From Centroscyllium fabricii (lineage: Eukaryota), in assembly GCA_051313645.2 (NCBI GenBank), contig JBNRSN020000003.1, forward strand, positions 251,472,001 to 251,536,000: 64,000 bases of DNA, given 5' to 3'. The notes below the pieces were generated by a model. It worked only from the letters and a program-made list of their open reading frames with translations. It made no database searches and was not told the DNA's origin. Shown here one piece after another: positions 1 to 10,891 of the stretch. Made by a program: the position numbers and the translations under genes. Each line of letters begins with the position of its first letter. Positions within the stretch are counted from its first letter, which is position 1.

Positions 1-431
1 GGTTGAAATCGCTAATTTTTAAAGTTACATTTGTGAAATTTTTAACTGTCTAGCTAATTTTAAAATAAAAAAAAAACGGAGAAAAAATGGCTGAACTTAC
101 CTGCCTCTGAGCTGCTGCTGTGCCGTCGCGCTGCTGCTGTGCCCCCGCGCTGCTCCCCGCGATTTTGTTATGCAGCTCCGCACTTACCTGCTCTCACTAA
201 GGTCCGACTCGGTATCTCGGCATTTAAATTAGGGATCTGGTGGGCGTTTTTTATTTAAATTTGGGATCTGTGGGCGGGGCTTACACTTCGCACGTAACGT
301 GGCTGGACTGCCACGTTGCGAACGAAGGGGGCACAAGTTTTGAGGAAAAAAAAACTCCGATGTTGCTGGGCTTCGTTAGTGCTTCGCATGTTCATAATGC
401 CCACCAACCGGCAAACCCGAATTTCTGGCCC
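1..431. mobile_element. Right part of a Harbinger-type MITE inserted in Gypsy A pol
   Basis: Ends in GAATTTCTGGCCC (419-431), the same TIR as the complete MITE at 14053-14913. Shares internal blocks with it (GGGCGTTTTTATTTAAAT..GGGATCTGTGGGC, CGTGGCTGGACTGCCACG). Gypsy pol coding sequence starts right after it. Confidence 0.75.
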
Positions 432-1097
432 AATGTTGCGTAAACTCCGGGTAAGCTGATGTACACAGAAGACACGTTGACTAGAGCTGTTGACCCGAGA
501 GAGCCCGCAAACACCAAAATGGATGAAGACATGAACACCTACGTGGACATGATTACAAGTGCACTGCCCATAGCAGATGCAAAAATGGAGCTCATAAAGA
601 CTGAGGCAAACAAAGACGAAACACTGAAACGACTGAGAAAAAACATCTTGGATGGATGGCCCAACATGAAGCAAGACTGCTCACCTGACATTGCAGAGTA
701 CTGGAACTGTAGGGTGGAACTATCTGTGGTTGAAGACATCATCTGCAAAGGAAGTAAAATAGTCATCCCAAAGAATCTGTGAAAAGAGATGCTAAAAAGT
801 ATCCATGAAGGACATCTGGCAATCGAAACGTGTAAGGAAAGAGCACGAGAGGTGATGTACTGGCCAAGAATCAACCATGATATGACAAATGAGGTGTCAA
901 ACTGCACAATATGCCGGAAATATCAAGCAAGCAATCCTGCAGAACCACTAAAGCCACACCCAGCACCAGACAGCCCGTACCAGAAGGTAGGCGCTGACCT
1001 ATTTGTATGTCAATGGAAGGACTATCTTGTAGTCACAGACTATTACTCCCTGTATCCAGAGGTGTGTAGACTGTACACCATCACTGCAGATGCTGTG
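432..1097 (+). pseudogene. Gypsy element A pol fragment (end of RNase H, integrase zinc finger, start of core), 5' half
   Basis: PGKLMYTEDTLTRA, IHEGHL..C..RAREVMYWP..CTIC (HHCC), PYQKVGADLF..YLVVTDYYS. In-frame stop at about 780. Interrupted at ITADAV by element B. Confidence 0.9.
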
Positions 1098-1376
1098 TGT
1101 GGTAAACCACTGTAATATATATCTGTACCCGTTAGCATTGCATGTATGAACCTCAATGTATGTACATAATTCTCCATGTATAACTTGTCTGGGCATGCCC
1201 ATGCTGACTCCGCCTGTGGCTCCTCCTCCCCGGACCCAGGTATAAATGTGACTGTCTCCCTCCCCCCAATCATTCCAGGAGCAGTCGACTAGCTAGGGCA
1301 TGCTTATGTCTTAGTGAATAAAAGCCTTTTATTCACTACATAACTTCTCGTCTCCGAGGTTATTGATAAGGTATCA
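1098..1376 (+). repeat. 5' LTR of element B
   Basis: TGTGGTAAAC...GGTATCA; TATAAA about 1241; AATAAA about 1317; direct repeat of 5330-5608. Confidence 0.95.
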
Positions 1377-1398
1377 ATTTTATTCGCTAAATTTCATC

Positions 1399-2301
1399 AT
1401 GGAGCTAATGCTGAAACCGGCGATGTTAGAACTGGATCCTCAAGCGTCAGGTGCCTCTAACACATTTACGCACTGGTTCAATTGCTTCGAGGCGTACCTT
1501 GAAGCCACCGCTGCGATCGTCCAGACGGACAGAGACAAACTGCGCCTCCTCAATGCACGGGTGGGCCCCCAGGTGTACTCCATAATCGCGGACACTACAT
1601 CCTACACCGAGGCGGTCAGAATCCTGAAGGCCGAATACAGCCGGGCACCGAACATCGTCTACGCCAGACACCTCCTGGCCACCCAAAAGCAGCAACCCGG
1701 GGAATCGGGCGTGGAGTTCCTACGAGCGCTGAGAGTCCTCTGCTGGGCCTGGAACTGTAAATCACAGACGGCCTTGGTGCACGCCGAAGGTCTCATCAGG
1801 GATGCTTACGTCACCGGCCTCAGGTCAGATTATATCAGGCAGAGACTGTTGGAGCAGGATGGCCTGGACCTGCAGGCGACGGCTGAACTTGCGAACTCGC
1901 TGGACTTGGCGTCCCATAATATGGCTGTTTACTCCTCTGACCACGCGGGCACATCGCGGTCGCCGCCATCTTGGACGCAGCCGGCCGCATTGCGACCAGC
2001 GGATGAGCTGACCGCGGCTACAACCTCCAAAGTCCCAAAGTGTTATTTCTGCGGCCAGGCTCAGCACCCCAGGCGAAATTGCCCGGCAAGAGACGCGGCC
2101 TGCTCCAAGTGCGGAAAGAAGGGCCACTATGCTAAGGTATGCAGAGCGGCAGCGCAATCGACCTCCAAACCGGGCAGCGCCGCGTGTGGCCCGTGGGGGC
2201 AGCCATCTTGGACACAGCCATCCTCCACACAGCCCGCCGCGTGGGAGCAGACGCCATCTTGGACACAGCCATCTTCCACACAGCCCGCCACGTGGCGGTA
2301 G
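1399..2301 (+). CDS. Gag of element B (two zinc knuckles)
   Basis: CYFCGQAQHPRRNC-PARDAA-CSKCGKKGHYAKVC; capsid-like IRDAYVTGL..IRQRLLE. Confidence 0.88.
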   Translation: MELMLKPAMLELDPQASGASNTFTHWFNCFEAYLEATAAIVQTDRDKLRLLNARVGPQVYSIIADTTSYTEAVRILKAEYSRAPNIVYARHLLATQKQQPGESGVEFLRALRVLCWAWNCKSQTALVHAEGLIRDAYVTGLRSDYIRQRLLEQDGLDLQATAELANSLDLASHNMAVYSSDHAGTSRSPPSWTQPAALRPADELTAATTSKVPKCYFCGQAQHPRRNCPARDAACSKCGKKGHYAKVCRAAAQSTSKPGSAACGPWGQPSWTQPSSTQPAAWEQTPSWTQPSSTQPATWR

Positions 2302-2399
2302 CCATCTTGGTACCAGGCCCCAGACCCCTCAACCGACTCGACCGACCCGATACTGGCTTCAATCACCCTCGACCAGAGCAGGAGCCAACCACTCAGCAA

Positions 2400-5278
2400 G
2401 TCGATGATGACGGTGCAGGTGAACGGGCAAAGTATGGACTGCCTTTTCGACAGCGGGAGTACGTCGAGCTTTGTACACCCCGATACGGTAAAGCGCTTCT
2501 CCCTAAAAGTTACACCGGCTAGCCAAACATTTCTATGGCTTCAAAGTCCGAATCCGCGGACGTCTGCGGTCGCTGCGTAGTGACCCTGACAGTGCGGGGC
2601 GCGCACTTTCAAAATTTTAAACTATTTGTGCTGCCACAGCTCTGCGCTCCCCTACTGCTGGGCCTCGATTTCCAGTGTCACCTCCAGAGCGTGACAATGG
2701 CTTACGGTGGGCCCCTTCCCCCGCTCACGGTCAGCAACCAGCGCTCCCCGCAGTGCCCACAGCGCGCTACCTGCGGTCTGTCAACCCTTAAGGTCGCCCC
2801 TCCCTAACTCTTCGCCAACCTCACCCCGGACTGCAAGCCCGTCGCCACCAAAAGTAGGTGCTACAGTACCGGGGACAGAGACATTATTAAGTCTGAGGTG
2901 AAACGGCTCCTGAAGGAAGGGGTCATCGAGGCCAGTAATAGCCCCTGGAGGGCACAGGTAGTGGTGGTAAAGACCGGAGCCAAGCACCGAATGGTCGTTG
3001 ACTACAGTCAGACCATTAATCGGTTTACGCAGCTAGACGCGTATCCCCTCCCCCGCATGGCGGACATGGTGAACCAGATCGCACAGTATCGGGTTTTCTC
3101 GACCATCGATTTGAAGTCTGCGTACCACCAGCTCCCCATCCGCCCAGAGGACCGCCACTATACAGCTTTCGAGGCAGACGGCCGCCTCTATCACTTCCTC
3201 AGGGTTCCGTTTGGTGTCACCAACGGGGTCTCGGTCTTTCAAAGAGAGATGGACCGAATGGTTGATCAGTACGGACTGCGTGCCACCTTTCCGTACCTTG
3301 ATAATGTTAACATCTGCGGCCACGACCTGCAGGACCACGACACGAACCTCCAGAAATTTCTCCACACCGCCAAAAATCTGAACCTGACCTATAACACGGA
3401 AAAATGTGTGTTCAGGACAACCCGCCTCGTCATCCTCGGCAGTGTTGTGGAGAATGTGGTCATCGGTCCCGACCCGAACCATATGTGCCCCCTCCTGGAG
3501 CTCCCCTTTCCCCACTCTCTCAAGGCCATGAAAAGGTGCCTGGTGTTCTTTTCTTATTATGCCCAGTGGGTCCCCAACTACGCGGACAAGGCCCGCCCAC
3601 TTATTAAATCAACCTCCTTTCCCCTGTCGGCAGAGGCCCGCACGGCCTTTGCGGCATAAAACAAGACATTGCGAAGGCCGCGATGCACGCTGTGGACGAG
3701 GCCGTCCCGTTCCAGGTAGAGAGCGATGCGTCCGACTTTGCACTGGCCGCCACCCTTAACCAGGCGGGCAGACCCGTGGCCTTCTTCTCGCGCACCATCC
3801 AGGGCCCCGAAACCTGACACTCTTCCATTGAGAAGGAGGCCCAGGCCATTGTTGAAGCAGTGCATCGCTGGAAGCACTACCTGGCCGGCAAACGATTTAC
3901 CCTGCTGACTGACCAACGCTCAGTCGCTTTTATGTTCAACAACAAAGAGCGTGGTAAAATCAAGAATGACAAGATATTGAGGTTGAGAATCGAACTCTCC
4001 GCTTTCAATTACGACATCTTGTACCGGCCCGGGAAATTCAATGAGCCCCCAGATGCCCTGTCCCGCGGTACATGTGCCAGCGCACAAGTGGACCATCTCC
4101 AGACCCTGCACAACGACCTCTGTCACCCGGGGGTCACTAGGTTCGTCCACTTTATTAAGTCCCGCAACCTCCCCTACTCCATCGAAGAGGTCAGAACCAT
4201 GACCAAGAACTGCCAGGTCTGTGCAGAGTGCAAGCCGCACTTCTTCCGGCCGGACCGGGCACACCTGATCAAGGCCACCCGCCCTTTTGAGCAACTCAGC
4301 GTCGATTTTAAAGGGCACCTCCCCTCCTCCAACCGCAACGTGTACTTCCTCAACGTCATTGATGAGTACTCACGTTTCCCCTTCGCCATCCCCTGCCCAG
4401 ACATGACCTCCTCCATGGTCATTAGGGCGCTGCACAGCATCTTCTCCCTGTTCGGTACCCCAGCTACATTCATAGCGACCGGGGGGCCTCTTTCATGAGT
4501 GACGAGCTGCATCAGTTTCTGCTCGCCAAGGGCATCGCCACGAGCAGGACTACCAGCTATAACCCCTGGGGGAACGGACAGGTAGAGAGGGAGAATGCCA
4601 CCATCTGGAAGACCACCCTATTAGCCCTACGGTCTAAAGGCCTCCCAGTCTCCCGCTGGCAGGACGTCCTCCCCGAAGCGCTCCACTCCATTCGGTCACT
4701 TCTCTGTACGGCCACTAACGCCACCCCTCACGAGCGACGTTTTGCCTTCCCTAGGAAGTCGGCTTCAGGGACCTCACTGCCGTCATGGCTATCATCTCCA
4801 GGACCCGTCCTGCTCCGGAAGCACGTGAGGGGCCATAAGTTGGACCCCCTGGTCGAACGGGTCCACCTCCTGCATGCCAACCCCCAGTACGCCTACGTGG
4901 CGTACCCTGACGGGAGGGAGGATACAGTGTCCATCAAGGACCTGGCACCCTCGGGTGCCCCCGAGACCAGTAGGACCCATCAGCCCGCATCCCCCCGCCC
5001 ACCGCCAACTTTGGGGCACCAGCACCACGGTACGTAATACCCCTCGAGGCACCAGCACCACGGTACGCCCACCCAGCACCTGCAGGCAGCACGGTATGAC
5101 CCCCTAACCTACGCACCCGCCAGATGGACGACGAATGGGAGAGCGCGCCAGTGATCATTACCGCAAGGGGCCCAGCGTCAGAGCAAGCACCGCCGCCGAC
5201 TCGTCCGCCGCCGACTCCGCCGCCAACGGTACGCCGCTCTACAAGGCAGACCAGGCCACCCGACAGACTGAACATTTA
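2400..5278 (+). pseudogene. Pol of element B (PR, RT, RNase H, IN) with stops and frameshifts
   Basis: LFDSGS protease; SPWRAQVVVV, IDLKSAYHQ, PFGVTN, YLDN RT; ESDAS..AFFSR..TDQ RNase H; LCHPG..CQVC, VDFKG, SDRG, NGQVER integrase. Confidence 0.92.
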
Positions 5279-5329
5279 ATGGTTGCACAACATTTACCCC
5301 GCCGGACTTTATTTTAAACAAGGGGTGAA

Positions 5330-5608
5330 TGTGGTAAACCACTGTAATATATATCTGTACCCGTTAGCATTGCGTGTATGAACCTCAATGTATGTACATA
5401 GTTCTCCATGTATAGCTTGTCTGGGCATGCCCGTGCTGACTCCGCCTGTGGCTCCTCCTCCCCGGACCCAGGTATAAAGGTGACTGTCTCCCTCCCCCCA
5501 ATCATTCCGGGAGCAGTCAACTAGCTAGGGCATGCTTATGTCTTAGCGAATAAAAGCCTTTTATTCACTACATAACTTCTCGTCTCCGAGGTTATTGATA
5601 AGGTATCA
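5330..5608 (+). repeat. 3' LTR of element B
   Basis: Direct repeat of 1098-1376, preceded by the PPT and followed by TSD CTGTG. Confidence 0.95.
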
Positions 5609-6360
5609 CTGTGATAACATGTATGAAAGCCATATTCTCCAGACATGGCGTGGCAAGCGAGGTCTTCACAGACAATGGACCCCAGTTTTGCAATTCACGT
5701 TTCCGACACTTTGCCAAAGAGTGGGACTTTGTCCACACAACGTCAACTCCTCATTTTCCGCAGTCCAATGGACTAGTGGAAAAATTAGTACAGACAGTGA
5801 AAAGACTGATGTACAAGGCAAAAGACAGTGGAACTCATTTCTACCACAGCATGCTGGTATACCGCACAACGCCGCTCGAGTGTGGTATGTCACCAGCCCA
5901 ACTCCTTATCGGACGTATGCTAAGATCAAACCTACCCATCCTGGAGAACCTCCTGAAAACAAAAGATGAGGAGAAAGTGAGGAAGTTCAAAGAACAACAG
6001 AAAGAAAAGCAAAGGTACTACTTTGACAGAGCAACACAAAACCTACCTGAACTCCACACTGGTGACCAAGTAAGGCTCAAAGACAAAACAAACATATGGA
6101 CTCAGAAGGAAACTGTCCTCAGTGAAGTCCAACTAAGATCAAACACCATTCAGACAGATGAAGGTGCTGTTCTTCAAAGAAATCATCGGGATCTTCTCAT
6201 GGGACCAGCCACAGCAGGAAGAAAGACTGATACTGTTGAACAACCTGATTACACAGCTGAGAAGACATCATCTGAGGCAACAACTCAGATTAAAGGACGA
6301 TCAATCAGGAGATCATCATGACATGTGAAACCCCCTGAGAGACTCATAGAGCAAATTTAA
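5609..6360 (+). pseudogene. Gypsy A integrase, 3' half
   Basis: Rejoins in frame as ..TADAV|ITCMKAIFSRHG..VFTDNGPQF..PHFPQSNGLVEK..YRTTPL..SPAQLL..GDQVRL. Confidence 0.9.
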
Positions 6361-6419
6361 AGACTCTTGTTATAGAATGAAGTAGTGTTATCTTATTCAC
6401 TCTTCAAGTTCTAGTGTAT

Positions 6420-6890
6420 GTACATATTTCATGTGCAAAATGTGCCAAATCATCAGCACAGATACCATCATCACACGTGAGGACACAACACACCAGGTAC
6501 ATGGTACATACTCATGTAACTCAACCAATGTTGTCTACCTCATACGTTGCAGGAAAGGATGCCCCGGGGCATGGTACATCGGCGAGACCATGCAGACACT
6601 ACGACAACGGATGAACGGGCACTGTGCAACAATCACCAGGCAGGAGTGTTCCCTCCCAGTCGGGGAACATTTCAGCGGTCTTTGACATTCAGCTTCCGAT
6701 CTTCAGGTGAGCATTCTCCAGGGTGGCCTTCGAGATACACGACAACGCAAAATCGTCGAGCAGAGGCTGATAGCCAAGTTCCGCACCCATGAGCACGGCC
6801 TCAACCGTGATATTGGGTTTATGTCACGCTACATGTGACCCCGCCTGACGTAGAGTCATCCAGACTCGAACCATCTTCGGCTTGCTCTGC
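6420..6890 (+). mobile_element. Penelope-like element 3' fragment (GIY-YIG endonuclease)
   Basis: YSCNSTNVVYLIRC..C..WYIGET..TLRQRMNGH..PVGEHF, ending ..HGLN. Followed by a degenerate hammerhead-like CTGACGTA-GAGTC..GACTC-GAA at about 6845. Confidence 0.85.
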
Positions 6891-7206
6891 GATTTTAAGT
6901 AAGAAAATTCCTGGTTTTTAAAAAATCTTGATGTGGGATTTAAAGCAGACTAACATTTGACCCTTGGTGACTGGAACCTTTGATATGTTGGAAAGTCTGT
7001 GACTGCTTTGATGTCCCTCAGCTGAGGTGTGATGTGAAACAACTGGAGAGACCACATTGTTATCTCTCTCTATATGTGCTATGCTTAAATGTAACACTTA
7101 AAATATGTTAATAAGCTTTTATGTGTCTGTCTCTACGGAGGTGAGATGGGGGGGATATCAGATTTCTCTCCTCATCGCACATGTGCGTTCTTTAATTCAG
7201 TCTTTT

Positions 7207-7244
7207 TCACCTGAGGAAGGAGCAGAAGCTCCGAAAGCTTGTGA
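7207..7244 (+). ncRNA. Minimal type I hammerhead ribozyme (Penelope-associated)
   Basis: TCAC-CTGAGGA-A-GGAGC-agaa-GCTCC-GAAA-GCTT-GTGA: core CUGANGA/GAAA, 5-bp stem II, 4-bp stem I, palindromic AAGCTT in place of stem III. Confidence 0.7.
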
Positions 7245-7441
7245 TTTAAAATAAAACCGTTGGACTATAATCTGGTGTTGTGTGACTTCTTGCATATTTC
7301 ATGTGAACACACAAAACAAGGTTAAAAAATGTTAATAATGTTAATAATAATGAAAATGTAAGTTCATTAAGTGTTATAGTTAAAATTGTAGGGTAATACA
7401 AAGAAAACATGTTGTTAGTTAAAAGTAAGATACTTTGTTTT

Positions 7442-7601
7442 AAGAAAGGGAGATATATTGATAACAGCAAACAGTGATCATGTTTGCTTGTTTGACTATC
7501 TATGCCTTACTAACAGAGTGATCATAGTTGCCTGTTTGATTATTCATGCCTGGCCAGCAGAGGACATGTGACAAGAAGCAAGTTAGTTTTGGTTTTCAGT
7601 T
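7442..7601 (+). repeat. Probable PPT and start of the 3' LTR of Gypsy A, interrupted by element C
   Basis: AAGAAAGGGAGA followed by TATATTG (decayed TGT) downstream of the A integrase and 3' UTR. Confidence 0.5.
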
Positions 7602-8110
7602 TGTGGTAACCATAATTGTGTATAGTTTACCACTGCAATATTGATGCCAATATTACCTATGTACATAGTTAAAGATGTTGCGACACTGTCGTGGAACCAG
7701 GTCAGCCACACCTCTAACTCCTCCCCCAGGTGAGGTCCTTTATAGGTGAGGACTGACCGGGCTCACTCATTCTGTACCTGTTGTTCGTTCGGAGTATAGC
7801 TCCAAAGTAAGTCAATAAAAGCCTGTAGTTAAGGTCACTACTCGTCTTTGACTTTATTGAGTAAATTGACGATACGTCAATTTTATTGACTTAAAAATTC
7901 GAAATGGAGAGCGGTGCGGTAAAACCAGAGAAGCTGGACATCAGTCCACAGGACCCAGCTGCCGCCACTACCTTCGAACACTGGTTCGGTCTCCTGGAGG
8001 CCTACATGGACGCCGCCAAGGCTACAACCGACGGGAACAAGCTACAGGTTCTCCGGTCTAGGATCTCCAGCTGAGTATTCTCCCTCATCCGGGACGCCAA
8101 AACCTACCCA

Positions 8111-10891
8111 GTGGCAGTGGAGAAACTGCGAAAATGTTACGACAGCCCGGTCCTCTCGGTCTACGCCAGACATGTGCTCGCGACCAGACCACAACTGCCG
8201 GGTGAGTCGAATGAACAATTCGAGCAGGCACTCCAGGCCCTGGTACGGGTCTGTGGCTGCCAACCACGGACAGCAGAGGAGGAGGCGAATCTCCTCATCC
8301 GTGATGCCTACGTAACAGGCCTAAGGTGCGTTGAGGCCCGCCAGCGGCTGCTAGAGAAAGACTCCTTAACCCTAGAGGAGGCGATCTCCATCTCGAACTC
8401 GGTGGAAGGAGCTCGCATCAAGCTGCAGGCGTACAGCGGCACAAACCCGCAGGTCTATGACGCGTGGGCCGCACCACAACGGGCCCAGGTCTGGGCAGCA
8501 CCACAATGGGCCGAGACCCCCACGATGGCAGCGACAGCCGCAAAGACGCAGGCGGACAGACGGTGCTACTTCTGCGGCCAGGGATTACATCCACGGGCGA
8601 GATGCCCAGCGAAGACCGCGACCTGCAAGAGGTGCTCCAAGAAGGGACACTATGCAAAGGCCTGCAGATCAGCACCAGCGCCCAACTCCAGGTACAACAG
8701 CGCAGCCTGTGAAAGCTCCGCCAGGCCTCAGGTAAGCTGCAATTGCAGCGCGATCCAGCAACGGTCCGGGGGTAGAGGAAAAGCACCCCCATATCCCACC
8801 CTGATGCGGCAAAGGGCGGCTGCACCCACGGCACGCCAAGCTCAGCCACGGCCGGCCAAGCGCGACCCCCCAACGCTGGCAGCACGCCTAGCGCGGCCCG
8901 CTGCGTGCGAATCACGGGCACCGCCAACCCAACCACCGCGGCTCGCTGCGTGCGAACCACGGGCACCGCCAACCCAGCCACCGCGGCCCGCTGCGTGTGA
9001 ACCACGGGCGCCGCCAGCGCACCCACAGCGGTGTGCCATGTGCGAACCACGGGCGCCACCATCTTGTGTACAGCCCCAACCAGCAGGGGGCCCCCACACA
9101 CAAACATACACTTCGGCCTCAGCCATACCAAAAGTCGACCAGGCTAGGCCGCACACCCTATCGAGCTCGATCATACCGATCAAAGTTAACGGCGATACTA
9201 CCAATTGCCTGTTCGACACTGGAAGCACAGAGAGCTTTATCCAGCCTGATACAGCGCGGCGCTATGGACTGCAGATCCTGTCCACGCGCTACCAAGTCTC
9301 CCTTGCTTCACAGTCCCACACCGCGGACGTCACCGGCTATTGCTCCGTCACGCTCACAGTCAAGGGTTGTGTGTACCGTAACTTTAAGTTGTACACCCTC
9401 AAGCAGTTGTGCGCCCCAGTCTTACTGGGACTGGATTTCCAGTGCCACCTCAAGAGCGTGACAATGGAGTTTGGCGGGACACTGCCCCCCCTCACCGTCA
9501 GTAGCCGGGACAATCCCTTCCCAAAGCGAAGCCCGTCCTGCGGCCTCTCCACCCTGAAAATCGACCCTCCCTCACTGTTCGCCAATCTCGACCCCAACTG
9601 CAAGCCTATTGCTACCAAGAGTCGGCGGTATAGTGTGGGGGATCGGACATTTATCAGGTCGGAGGTCGGGCGTATGCTGAAGGAGGGGATAATTGAAGCC
9701 AGCACCAGCCCCTGGCGGGCCCAGGTTGTAGTGGTAAAGACTGGCGAGAAACAGCGGCTGGTTATCGATTACAGCCAGACGATTAACCGCTACACCGGGC
9801 TCGATGCCTACCCCTTCCCCCGCATCTCGGACATGGTCAACCAGATCACCCAATATAAGGTGTTCTCCACGATCGACCTTAAGTCGGTGTATCACCAACT
9901 CCCGATCCGGAAAGCCGACCGCCCGTATACCGCCTTCGAGGCGAACGGTCGGCTCGACCACTTCCTCCGGGTCCCCTTCGGCGTGACCAATGGAGTGTCA
10001 GTGTTCCAACGGGAGATGGACCGTATGGTTGACCAGAACGGGTTGCGGGCCACCTTCCCATACCTGGACAACGTGACTATCTGCGGTCATGACCAGCAGG
10101 ACCACGATGCCAATCTGGCCAAATTCCTTGACACGGTGGAATGGCTGGATCTTACGTATAACAAGGACAAATGTGCCTTTAATACAGATCGGCTCGTCAT
10201 CCTCGGATACGTGGTGGAGAATGGGGTCCTCGGCCCCGACCCACAGCGTATGCGCCCATTGCAGGAACTGCCCCTTCCTCACAACCCCAAAGCCTTGAGG
10301 AGATGCCTAGGATTTTTCTCCTACTACGCACAATGGGTCCCACAGTTTGCGGACAAGGCTAGACCACACCTCAAGGCTGCCGCCTTCCCCCTCTCGGTAG
10401 AAGCCCAAACGGCATTCGCCCGGATAAGGGAAGACATCATCAAGGCGACCATGCATGCCGTTGATGAATCCATCCCTTTCCAGGTGGAGAGTGACGCTTC
10501 GGACTTTGCCCTTGCCGCCACCCTGAATCAGGCAGGCAGGCCCGTAGCGTTTTTCTCCCGCACCCTACAGGGACCCGAAATTCGCCACTCCGCAGTGGAA
10601 AAGGAGGCCCAGGCCATCGTGGAGGCCGTGCGCTATTGGCGTCATTACCTGGCCGGTAAGCGTTTTACCCTACTCACCGACCAGCGGTCGGTGGCGTTTA
10701 TGTTTAATAATAAACAAAAGGGTAAAATCAAGAATGATAAGATCCTGCGGTGGTGGATCGAGCTCTCGACTTACGAGTACGACATTCTTTACCGACCAGG
10801 CAAACTCAATGAACCCCCGGACGCACTGTCCAGGGGAACGTGCGCCAGTGCCCAGCTAGACCGGCTGAAGGACCTCCACGATCGCCTCTGA
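8111..10891 (+). CDS. Gag-Pol polyprotein of element C (gag knuckles, PR, RT, RNase H)
   Basis: 926-aa open frame with CYFC..H..C/CKRC..H..C, LFDTGS, YLDN, ESDAS, TDQRS. True start about 7905, behind a premature stop. Confidence 0.9.
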   Translation: MAVEKLRKCYDSPVLSVYARHVLATRPQLPGESNEQFEQALQALVRVCGCQPRTAEEEANLLIRDAYVTGLRCVEARQRLLEKDSLTLEEAISISNSVEGARIKLQAYSGTNPQVYDAWAAPQRAQVWAAPQWAETPTMAATAAKTQADRRCYFCGQGLHPRARCPAKTATCKRCSKKGHYAKACRSAPAPNSRYNSAACESSARPQVSCNCSAIQQRSGGRGKAPPYPTLMRQRAAAPTARQAQPRPAKRDPPTLAARLARPAACESRAPPTQPPRLAACEPRAPPTQPPRPAACEPRAPPAHPQRCAMCEPRAPPSCVQPQPAGGPHTQTYTSASAIPKVDQARPHTLSSSIIPIKVNGDTTNCLFDTGSTESFIQPDTARRYGLQILSTRYQVSLASQSHTADVTGYCSVTLTVKGCVYRNFKLYTLKQLCAPVLLGLDFQCHLKSVTMEFGGTLPPLTVSSRDNPFPKRSPSCGLSTLKIDPPSLFANLDPNCKPIATKSRRYSVGDRTFIRSEVGRMLKEGIIEASTSPWRAQVVVVKTGEKQRLVIDYSQTINRYTGLDAYPFPRISDMVNQITQYKVFSTIDLKSVYHQLPIRKADRPYTAFEANGRLDHFLRVPFGVTNGVSVFQREMDRMVDQNGLRATFPYLDNVTICGHDQQDHDANLAKFLDTVEWLDLTYNKDKCAFNTDRLVILGYVVENGVLGPDPQRMRPLQELPLPHNPKALRRCLGFFSYYAQWVPQFADKARPHLKAAAFPLSVEAQTAFARIREDIIKATMHAVDESIPFQVESDASDFALAATLNQAGRPVAFFSRTLQGPEIRHSAVEKEAQAIVEAVRYWRHYLAGKRFTLLTDQRSVAFMFNNKQKGKIKNDKILRWWIELSTYEYDILYRPGKLNEPPDALSRGTCASAQLDRLKDLHDRL
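8898..9062 (+). repeat. About four copies of a 42-bp tandem repeat in the gag-PR linker of C
   Basis: GCTGCGTGCGAACCACGGGCACCGCCAACCCAGCCACCGCGG units encoding AACEPRAPPTQPPR. Confidence 0.85.

Larger units (their letters stand above)
1098..5608 (+). mobile_element. Gypsy (Mag-like) LTR retrotransposon B, full length, decayed gag-pol
   Basis: 279-bp LTRs at 1098-1376 and 5330-5608 (TG..CA, about 8 differences by eye). 5-bp TSD CTGTG (1093-1097, 5609-5613). PPT AAACAAGGGGTGAA before the 3' LTR. Order gag-PR-RT-RH-IN. Confidence 0.97.
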
